From an uncultured Thermoplasmatales archaeon (GTDB lineage Archaea; Thermoplasmatota; E2; UBA202; DSCA01), in NCBI GenBank assembly GCA_964514975.1, contig CAZESS010000028.1, positions 1 to 19,436 of the forward strand: 19,436 nucleotides of DNA, in the 5' to 3' direction. The first letter of the stretch is position 1. Each line of letters starts with the position of its first letter. The notes under the pieces are model-generated. The model made no database searches, was not told the origin of the DNA, and saw only the letters and a list, made by a program, of their open reading frames with translations. Of this stretch, positions 1 through 10,434 are shown one piece after another. The translations under genes were made by a program, and so were the position numbers.

Positions 1-3367
<3,367 letters not shown>

Positions 3368-3379
3368 CCGGTGCTGCAG

Positions 3380-3394
3380 AAAAACGTTCTTATA
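3380..3394 (+). promoter_or_regulatory. Putative BRE/TATA promoter of the larA-like gene
   Basis: AAAAACG-TTCTTATA ending about 21 nt before ATG 3416. No SD, so geometry fits a leaderless transcript. Confidence 0.5.
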
Positions 3395-3415
3395 GCCAGC
3401 CCGGCATACAAACCC

Positions 3416-4669
3416 ATGAAGGTCGACCTGCCCTATGGAAAAGGCTCGCTTGAGGCGGACATTCCCGACGGCAACCTCATAGACGTCGTGTATCCCAACG
3501 AGCTGGAGCCAGAAAGGCCGCCCGCCGAATACGTCAGGCATGCCCTGGGACATCCAATGGGCACACGGACCCTGAGCCAGCTGGCCGAGGCGGGCATGAC
3601 CGCGGCCATCGCCGTCGACGACAACACCCGTCCCTGTCCGACCTGGGAGATGCTGCCCCATGTCGTGGCGGAGCTCACCAGGCAGGGCGTGGACATGGAC
3701 GACATCACCGTCATCTTCGCGACGGGCACCCACCGCCCCGTCACCCATGAGGAGGCCAGGGAGCTGCTCGGCGCCGACTACGCCGACAGGCTCACCTACA
3801 CCAGCAACCGCTGCAAGCAGGACGACTTCACCTCGGTGGGAACCACCTCCCGCGGTACGCCGGTCCACGTCAACGACGCCTTTCTCGAGGCAGATCTCCA
3901 GATCCTGCTCGGCGACGTCGAAATACATTATTTTGCGGGCTACGGCGGCGGCCGGAAGAGCATCCTCCCCGGCATGTGCAGCTACGAGACCATCCAGGAC
4001 AACTACACCACCAACTTTTTCGATGTCAATTCAAGGCCGGGCAAGCTCGACGGCAACCCCATGTACGAAAACATGACCGAGGCCGCCCGCCTCACCCAGC
4101 CGGACTTCTGCCTCAACGTCGTCCAGAACCCACGGCATGAGCTCGTGGGCGCCTACGCCGGCGACTTCGACCTCGTGCTCCGCAAAGGAGCCGCCGACAT
4201 CGACCGCATGTTCAAGGTCGAGGTGCCCGAGCAGGCGGACGTGGTCGTCACCGCCGCCGACGGCGCACCCCACGACGTCAACCTCTACCAGGCATACAAG
4301 GCCATCCATCTCGCGCTCAACGTCGTCAAACCCGGCGGCGCCATCGTCCTCGCCGCCCGGTGCCCGGACGGCCACGGGTCGCAGCCCTACCATGACTGGA
4401 TGAAACGATATGACACCCGCGAGGAAATGCAGGAGCAACTCATGGAGGAGTTCGTGCCCGGCGGCCACAAGGCCTACTACCATATCAAGGCGCTGGAGCA
4501 GGCCGACTTTTACATCGTCTCAGACATGGACCACGACATGCTCCGCGACGTGTTCCGGATGCAGGTCTACAATGACATCAACGAGGCACTGCGGCAAGCA
4601 TTCGCCGACCAGGGAGACGATGCCTCCGTGCTTGCCATCCCCCGGGGCACGACCACGCTCCCCGATTAG
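3416..4669 (+). CDS. larA: LarA-family nickel-pincer (NPN)-dependent 2-hydroxyacid racemase/epimerase (DUF2088)
   Basis: Motifs DDNTRP, ATGTHR, HYFAGYGGGRKSILPG, NLYQAYKA and CPDGHG. Start MKVDLPYG is typical of the family. Substrate unknown. Confidence 0.85.
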   Translation: MKVDLPYGKGSLEADIPDGNLIDVVYPNELEPERPPAEYVRHALGHPMGTRTLSQLAEAGMTAAIAVDDNTRPCPTWEMLPHVVAELTRQGVDMDDITVIFATGTHRPVTHEEARELLGADYADRLTYTSNRCKQDDFTSVGTTSRGTPVHVNDAFLEADLQILLGDVEIHYFAGYGGGRKSILPGMCSYETIQDNYTTNFFDVNSRPGKLDGNPMYENMTEAARLTQPDFCLNVVQNPRHELVGAYAGDFDLVLRKGAADIDRMFKVEVPEQADVVVTAADGAPHDVNLYQAYKAIHLALNVVKPGGAIVLAARCPDGHGSQPYHDWMKRYDTREEMQEQLMEEFVPGGHKAYYHIKALEQADFYIVSDMDHDMLRDVFRMQVYNDINEALRQAFADQGDDASVLAIPRGTTTLPD

Positions 4670-4734
4670 CTGGCGCCGGTACAGTATCACGATATATACA
4701 TTTTGTGTAAATGATACCTGTTAAAGCTATTTTT

Positions 4735-4776
4735 AAAAAAGGTTTAAATTGCGGTGCGACGATATGTATCTGGAGG
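4735..4776 (+). promoter_or_regulatory. BRE/TATA promoter and Shine-Dalgarno of the response regulator
   Basis: AAAAAAGG-TTTAAA (4735-4748) in an AT-rich spacer. GGAGG at 4772-4776 before ATG 4780. Confidence 0.55.
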
Positions 4777-4779
4777 CAC

Positions 4780-5202
4780 ATGACGCAGCGGAAACATGCG
4801 CTCGTGGTCGACGACGACCCCGAGATACAGCGTCTCATCCGGAGCTATCTCCCCGGCTACTTCGATATCCATGCAGCATACATGGGTCAGGAAGCCGTGG
4901 AGCTGTACAAAGCGATGACAGAGCAGGGCCGGCGACCCGACGTCGTGGTCATGGACCTCAACCTTTCAGGGACGACAGACGAGGCGGCCATGATACGGCA
5001 AATGAACGGCGACGAGATGGACGGCGTCCAAACCGCGAAAAAAATACTGGAGCTGGACCCCGATGCCAACATCGTGGGCTTCACCGCCTTCGCCGACATT
5101 GAATGGGGAGACCGCCTCAGAAAAACCGGAGCCATACGGGTCTTCCCCCGGAATATAGGATTCGATACCTTCTCCCAAAAAATACAGCAGATCGTGGCCT
5201 AG
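4780..5202 (+). CDS. Stand-alone response regulator receiver (REC) domain protein
   Basis: LVVDDD, PDVVVMD (phosphoacceptor Asp), MDG and FTA. About 140 aa with no output domain. SD-supported start. Confidence 0.85.
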   Translation: MTQRKHALVVDDDPEIQRLIRSYLPGYFDIHAAYMGQEAVELYKAMTEQGRRPDVVVMDLNLSGTTDEAAMIRQMNGDEMDGVQTAKKILELDPDANIVGFTAFADIEWGDRLRKTGAIRVFPRNIGFDTFSQKIQQIVA

Positions 5203-5223
5203 CCCCGCCATCGTGGATGAACC

Positions 5224-7485
5224 TTACGGGGCGAAGCTGGCCGTCCATTCGGGGCGCGCCGGCGGACTGTCGAGCATGTCCATCCAGCTCTCATCGGTGA
5301 GCCTCGCAGCGACGGGCTGCTTGAACTCATAGTAGCTAAACACCGGCCCGGCACCGGCCATCACGGTGCCATCGGGCAGCATATATGCGACGATGACAAG
5401 GTCGGCGTAGCCGACCGCCTCCTCGAGACACTGGCCGGTGTTGCCATCGGTGTGCACGTCGGCCACCATTGGCAGGCGGCGTCCCTCCTCGTTGACGCCG
5501 TCCATCGTCCGGTTGAGCGAACGAACGAACGAGCCAAGGAACTGCTCATCCGCGCTGTCAAACAGGGTGCCCTCCAGCTCCTTCGCTGCCAGCTCAAACA
5601 GCCGGTCGAGCATCCCGTGCAGCGCGTCGAGCCGCTCGCTGCCGTTATCGTCGAGCACGCCAAAAGAGGCGAGACCCTGCCGGGTCATGTTCACCAGCGA
5701 CCGAAGCCGCATGTACAGCCGGGGCACCGGTTCAACATAGCCGGGCGCCTCCATAACCCCCGTCAGCACCGGGGTTGTGCTCTGCTTCGCATACAGGATG
5801 GTGTCATGCCGGAGCTGCGTCCACGAGGCCAGCGCTGCATTGAGCTGCTTGTCCCGCCATGCCTCCGTGGCCATAAACGAGGGGTAGCCCTCGCCGTAGC
5901 CGTCCAGCAGCGGCCGCAGCGCATACAGCCAGCTCCAGTACAGGTTGCGGTTCCACCCGGTAACGTTGAAGCCGTCGAACATGTCGCGGAGCATCCCGAG
6001 CTGCCCGTCGTAGCTGCCGTTCACGCCCGCATAGTCGGTATCGCCGTCATCGCGCAAAATGCTCTCCGCTCTGTCCGAGCCCAGCACCGCCATCACGTCC
6101 AGCCCGCGGGGGAAACACCGCGCCGGCCCGCCCATCGTCATCTCCACGGTGAACGGCCACATGCTGCTGTTATCCTCAATGCTGCCGTTGTACATGCCCA
6201 CCGCCGGGGAGACCAATTGCTGGAACATGTAGCTGTCCGGCACAAAGCGCTGCCCCATGAACCGGAGGCCGGCCGTCTTCGCGAGCACCTCGTCGAGCCG
6301 CTCAGCGGTAAACGGCGGCGCTATGCTACACTGGCCGGTTCCGCCATAGATGCGCGGGCCCGGCAACTGCGCCAGATGCCCCTTGAGCTCCTGGAGCCGT
6401 GTGACGTTGACCAGCAATGACGCGTTGAAGCTGCTGCCATAGGTCTCGTTGAGGCAGCCCAGATAGTCATGGGGCGTCAAATCATCGGCGGTGCCCACGA
6501 AAAACGAGGTAACGGCGTAGATGCGCTGCCAGACAGCCCATCCCGTCTCGCTACCTATCGATACCTGCGGCAATCCGGTGGCGATGAGCGCTGCCTGCAC
6601 CGTCGCAACCGTCGCATCTCGCTCCGACACCAGATAGGGCTGCGCCGGGCCATGCGGGGTGCCGCCCCTGAGCAAAAACGCCATCCTGCCGTACCACATC
6701 AGCGCGCGGAAATAGCGCTGCAGCGCAGGCGAGGACGTGTAATGTCCCCGGGGCACATACTGCGAGTAGTCCTCCCGGTAGCCAAAAATCTCGCTGTCAT
6801 GATAGCCGTCATGGGCAGCGATGTGCTCGAGCTCTCCGTCGACCATGTCCGCCACGCTCGCCGGTATCCCCCCGGCATCTCTGTCGAGCAGCCGGACGGC
6901 GACGGTGAAAAAGGCCAGGTTGCGCCGCGCCGCCTCCCGCAGCGTGGCGTTGCCAAAGCGTTCGTATTGCGCTCTCGCATGCTCGGCCATCGCCAGGCTG
7001 AGATTGGCGATGTCGTCATAGAACACCTGCTCCTCTATCCCTTTGAGCAACTGGCTGAACTGCACATGGTAGAGATGCAGCAGGGTGTCGCTCGTCACAA
7101 AAATCGGCAATCCCATCCGCTGCACCCGGCGATAGGAAACGCTGATGTCGCCCACGGCGCCATCGTCCACCACGACGAAGCCATTGCGCCGGAGCAACCC
7201 ACGCTGCTCTCCCGTGAGATGAAATGCCCCCTCGACCGTCTCGAGGTTTTCGATGTCAGCGAGGTCGAGCGGCAGCTCATAGGAGGGAGCGGAGGCGTTG
7301 ATGGTCGCACCCTCATTGCGGTACATGCTCGCCATCGCGGTCTGCGGGTCATCGCCCGCCGCAGCAGACATGGAGGGAATGCTGATAACCTGCACGTCTC
7401 GCTCCGCGGTCAGACAGCCGCTCAGCGCGCTGGCCATGAAGACCGCGACGATAAGCACCACCATTGGTTTTTTCATGTCTCTCAT
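5224..7485 (-). CDS. DUF3160 family secreted lipoprotein
   Basis: Signal peptide MKKPMVVLIVAVFMASA followed by lipobox LSGC. Family motifs DYSQYVPRGHYT, LRHDTILYAKQS, GYVEPVP, ADVHT, GPVFSYYEF and RLTDESW. Start could be 7485 or 7476. Confidence 0.85.
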   Translation of the reverse strand: MRDMKKPMVVLIVAVFMASALSGCLTAERDVQVISIPSMSAAAGDDPQTAMASMYRNEGATINASAPSYELPLDLADIENLETVEGAFHLTGEQRGLLRRNGFVVVDDGAVGDISVSYRRVQRMGLPIFVTSDTLLHLYHVQFSQLLKGIEEQVFYDDIANLSLAMAEHARAQYERFGNATLREAARRNLAFFTVAVRLLDRDAGGIPASVADMVDGELEHIAAHDGYHDSEIFGYREDYSQYVPRGHYTSSPALQRYFRALMWYGRMAFLLRGGTPHGPAQPYLVSERDATVATVQAALIATGLPQVSIGSETGWAVWQRIYAVTSFFVGTADDLTPHDYLGCLNETYGSSFNASLLVNVTRLQELKGHLAQLPGPRIYGGTGQCSIAPPFTAERLDEVLAKTAGLRFMGQRFVPDSYMFQQLVSPAVGMYNGSIEDNSSMWPFTVEMTMGGPARCFPRGLDVMAVLGSDRAESILRDDGDTDYAGVNGSYDGQLGMLRDMFDGFNVTGWNRNLYWSWLYALRPLLDGYGEGYPSFMATEAWRDKQLNAALASWTQLRHDTILYAKQSTTPVLTGVMEAPGYVEPVPRLYMRLRSLVNMTRQGLASFGVLDDNGSERLDALHGMLDRLFELAAKELEGTLFDSADEQFLGSFVRSLNRTMDGVNEEGRRLPMVADVHTDGNTGQCLEEAVGYADLVIVAYMLPDGTVMAGAGPVFSYYEFKQPVAARLTDESWMDMLDSPPARPEWTASFAP

Positions 7486-7509
7486 CTCCAGCTAGTTAAC
7501 CCGACGGGG

Positions 7510-7516
7510 ATATAAA
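7510..7516 (-). promoter_or_regulatory. Putative TATA box of the DUF3160 gene
   Basis: TTTATAT on the minus strand about 24 nt upstream of ATG 7485. Confidence 0.5.
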
Positions 7517-7547
7517 TGGCTATGGAGATTGTTCATCGTGTGGCGAA

Positions 7548-8063
7548 TCACCGGCTATAATGCTCCCGGGAGACCACGTCATCCAGGGGCTTCCGCCGTT
7601 TTTCCCCCGCCCTGTCGGCAGGATACCCGAGCGGCATCAGCGCCACCACCATGCAGTCATCGGGGACGTCGAGCGCCTCCCGCGCTTTATCCTGGTAAAA
7701 GGCGCCGATCCAGCAGGTGCCCAGCCCCTCCGCCGCGGCTGCGAGCGCGACATGTTCCATGGCGATGGCAACGTCGACATGCGCAGCCGGGACACCGCAG
7801 CTCATCACGTAATCTGTCTCGGTAGCGACGCCGGCGACGACCACGGGCGCCTCGCCGACGAAGCGCTGTCCCTTGGCGGCCCGCTGCAGGTGCTGCCTCT
7901 TTGCCGGGTCGGTCACGACGACGAACCGCCATTCCTGCCGGTTTTTCGCCGACGGGGCGAGCCGCACCGCCTCCAGGATGCGCTGCAGGATGTCCTCCCG
8001 CACCTTTTTGTCCCGGTAGCTTCGCACTGAGCGCCGCCGGCGGATGGCTTCCATGAGGTCCAT
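7548..8063 (-). CDS. Nitroreductase family flavoprotein
   Basis: RRSVRSY, APSAKNRQEW, GLGTCWIG and PLGYP. Start set at MDLMEAI (8063), giving 171 aa. Confidence 0.93.
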   Translation of the reverse strand: MDLMEAIRRRRSVRSYRDKKVREDILQRILEAVRLAPSAKNRQEWRFVVVTDPAKRQHLQRAAKGQRFVGEAPVVVAGVATETDYVMSCGVPAAHVDVAIAMEHVALAAAAEGLGTCWIGAFYQDKAREALDVPDDCMVVALMPLGYPADRAGEKRRKPLDDVVSREHYSR

Positions 8064-8083
8064 GTTTCCACATTGCCGCATGG

Positions 8084-8111
8084 TTTTTATGTCCATCGCT
8101 ATATTTTTAAA
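8084..8111. promoter_or_regulatory. Back-to-back TATA boxes for nitroreductase (-) and pcn (+)
   Basis: ATAAAAA on minus (8090-8084) and TTTTTAAA on plus (8104-8111), each about 20 nt from its ATG. Confidence 0.5.
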
Positions 8112-8131
8112 GCAGCGGCTCATTTATCACC

Positions 8132-8866
8132 ATGTTCAGGGTAACGATAAAAAGCGATTTTCTCCGGACCGTGGTCGACGCCACCGCCATCCTGGTGGAC
8201 GAGGTCAAGCTGCATTTTACGCCCGACGAGATGTACGCGCGCGCGGTTGACCCCGCCCATGTCGGCATGATCGATTTCAAGCTCACCAGGGACGCCTTCG
8301 AGGAATACGAGGTCGAGGAGGAACACGAGGTCGCCGTCGACCTGGAAAAGGTGAAGGGCATGCTCAAGCTCCCCGCCACCGAGGACGTCATCTGCCTGGA
8401 GCAGGAGGAAGAAGGACGCCTCGTCGTCCGCATCGGCAACCTCACCCGGCATATGACGCTGCTGGACACCGCCGAGATGAGCGACGCCAAGATACCGAGC
8501 CTCGACCTTGATACGGAGGTCGTCGTCAGCACCGACGAGGTCTACCGCGGCGTCCGCGCGTCGGAGGCCGTCTCCGACCACATTGCCCTTGCCGCATCCC
8601 CCGACGAGTTCGAGCTGTCGGCAGAGGGCGACACCGACACCGTCAACCTGGTCATCCCGAAAAGCCAGCTCGTGTCCCTTGAATGCGAGGAACAGGTGCG
8701 CAGCCTGTTCTCCCTCGACTACTTCAGCGACATGATAAAATCCGCGAAAAGCGACCAGGTAACCTTCAAGCTGGGCACCGACTACCCGGTCAAAATGGCC
8801 TTCAAGGTCGCCGACGGCAACGGCGACATCTCCTACCTGCTGGCCCCCCGGATAGAGTCCGAATAA
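8132..8866 (+). CDS. pcn: DNA polymerase sliding clamp PCNA
   Basis: 244 aa, acidic. RAVDPAHVGMI, FSLDYFSDMIK and C-terminal YLLAPRIE are characteristic of archaeal PCNA. Confidence 0.96.
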   Translation: MFRVTIKSDFLRTVVDATAILVDEVKLHFTPDEMYARAVDPAHVGMIDFKLTRDAFEEYEVEEEHEVAVDLEKVKGMLKLPATEDVICLEQEEEGRLVVRIGNLTRHMTLLDTAEMSDAKIPSLDLDTEVVVSTDEVYRGVRASEAVSDHIALAASPDEFELSAEGDTDTVNLVIPKSQLVSLECEEQVRSLFSLDYFSDMIKSAKSDQVTFKLGTDYPVKMAFKVADGNGDISYLLAPRIESE

Positions 8867-8878
8867 GCAGCGTGGCTC

Positions 8879-8893
8879 CAAAGGCTATTTTAA
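8879..8893 (+). promoter_or_regulatory. Putative BRE/TATA promoter of the box C/D sRNA
   Basis: CAAAGGC-TATTTTAA ending about 21 nt before the sRNA terminal stem at 8915. Confidence 0.55.
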
Positions 8894-8914
8894 CCACCCC
8901 TGCGATACAGCACT

Positions 8915-8972
8915 GCCACGATGATGAAGAACGCCAGCCGACGATGACGAAACGATGGGCGGGCTGAGTGGC
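8915..8972 (+). ncRNA. Archaeal box C/D 2'-O-methylation guide sRNA
   Basis: Terminal stem GCCAC (8915-8919)/GTGGC (8968-8972). Box C ATGATGA (8921-8927), D' CCGA (8938-8941), C' ATGACGA (8944-8950), box D CTGA (8964-8967). Guides of 10 and 13 nt, 58 nt in total. Intergenic, with own TATA upstream and a T-rich tract downstream. Confidence 0.88.
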
Positions 8973-8977
8973 TACCC

Positions 8978-8985
8978 TTTTATAT
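8978..8985 (+). promoter_or_regulatory. TATA box of the six-gene operon (may double as sRNA U-tract terminator)
   Basis: TTTTATAT ending about 21 nt before ATG 9007. No SD. Confidence 0.6.
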
Positions 8986-9006
8986 TTCCCGCCGTTGTCA
9001 CATCAC

Positions 9007-10434
9007 ATGGGATACGACACCGTCTACAGCGCCGGTGCCGGCCTCGACGACGACGTCATCAAGCGGCTCCATGTCATCATCCCGGATGGCGTGTCAACCC
9101 GGGAGGCCGACCGCGTCGTCTACGGCAAGGACTACTGGCCGATATCGCTGCGCTGGCTGCTCGACGGCCGGCTGCCCGCGCTCCCCGACGCCGTCATCTG
9201 GCCCGAAACCGCCGAGCAAATCGCCGGGGTCATGCGGCTGGCCAACAGGCATGGCTTCCCCGTGATACCCTACGGCGAGGGTTCCGGCGTCGTCGGCGGC
9301 GCCGTACCTGTGCAGGGCGGCGTGATGCTCGACATGCGCCGGATGCACGACATCCCGTCCATCGACGACCAGGGGCTCATGGCCAGGGTGCAGACCGGCA
9401 TCAACGGCATGACGCTGGAACGGGAGCTCAACCGCGCCGGCTACACCCTCGGGCACATCCCCCAGTCGCTGCACTGCTCGAGTCTGGGCGGCTGGATTGC
9501 CTGCCGCGCCGCCGGACAGTTCTCCACCAAATACGGCAAGATAGAGGACATGCTCATCGCGCTCGAGGCGGTGCTCCCCGACGGTACCGTCATCCGCTCC
9601 CGACCGGTGCCCCGCACCTCCACGGGCCCACGGGTCGAGCGGCTCATGCTCGGCAGCGAGGGCACCCTGGGCGTCGTCACCGAGGCAACGCTCAAGATAT
9701 GGCCATATCCGGAGCGCCGCGCATTGCACGCCTACACCTTCGACGACATCGCCGATGCATTGGAGGCGACCAGGCATATCATGCGGAAAAACGTCTACCC
9801 GGCGGTGATGCGCATCTACGACGAACACGAAACCCTGCGCCACTTCAACGTCAAGCATCGATGCATGCTCATCCTGATAATGGAGGGCGACCCTGACCTC
9901 CTCGACCTCGAGGAAGCCATCGCAGCCAAAATGTGCACACGCTTCAACGGCAATGACACGGGTACGGCGCCGGCGGAGCGATGGCTGGAGACCCGGTTCA
10001 CGGTTAAGGAGTCATCGGAGTTCACCCCCCGCGGCTTCATCTTCGACACCGTCGAGATATCCGCGGGATGGCGCAACGCATTGGAGACCTACCACGCAGT
10101 CATCGAGGCCATGCAGCAGATACCGGGCGTCGTCGTCGCCTCCGGGCATGCCTCCCATTTTTATCCGCAGGGCGTCTGCTTCTATTTCACCTTCGGCGGC
10201 CTGCCCCGCAAACAGACGCCCTACGAGTTCTACCGGGCCGTGTGGGATACCATCATGGCAGCCTGCCTCGAGCACGAGGGCTCCATCAGCCACCATCACG
10301 GCATCGGCATCATCAGGCAGCGCTGGCTCCCGGACGAGCTCGACGGCCGCCTGCACATGCTCCGCCGGATAAAGCACGCGCTCGACCCCAACCGGGTGAT
10401 GAACCCGGGTAAAATGGGAGGTGACGATGGCTAG
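9007..10434 (+). CDS. FAD-linked oxidase (VAO/PCMH family), alkyl-dihydroxyacetonephosphate synthase (AGPS)-like
   Basis: PYGEGSGVVGG, GHIPQSLHCSSLGGWIACRAAG..STKYGKIED, PRTSTGP..GSEGTLGVVTEAT, HFYPQGVCFYFTF, SISHHHGIG and LDPNRVMNPGK. The HHH triad and PRxSTGP match the AGPS branch; GlcD/D-LDH typically have GEHG. Confidence 0.8.
   Translation: MGYDTVYSAGAGLDDDVIKRLHVIIPDGVSTREADRVVYGKDYWPISLRWLLDGRLPALPDAVIWPETAEQIAGVMRLANRHGFPVIPYGEGSGVVGGAVPVQGGVMLDMRRMHDIPSIDDQGLMARVQTGINGMTLERELNRAGYTLGHIPQSLHCSSLGGWIACRAAGQFSTKYGKIEDMLIALEAVLPDGTVIRSRPVPRTSTGPRVERLMLGSEGTLGVVTEATLKIWPYPERRALHAYTFDDIADALEATRHIMRKNVYPAVMRIYDEHETLRHFNVKHRCMLILIMEGDPDLLDLEEAIAAKMCTRFNGNDTGTAPAERWLETRFTVKESSEFTPRGFIFDTVEISAGWRNALETYHAVIEAMQQIPGVVVASGHASHFYPQGVCFYFTFGGLPRKQTPYEFYRAVWDTIMAACLEHEGSISHHHGIGIIRQRWLPDELDGRLHMLRRIKHALDPNRVMNPGKMGGDDG

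Noticed and set aside
5518-5533. Short CGAA tandem repeat
   Set aside because: About 3.5 units inside the DUF3160 coding frame. Chance-level, and the frame is intact.
8132-8866. PCNA and gyrase as signs of a virus or plasmid replication module
   Set aside because: Neighbours are housekeeping and metabolic genes. No integrase, capsid, Rep or att sites seen.
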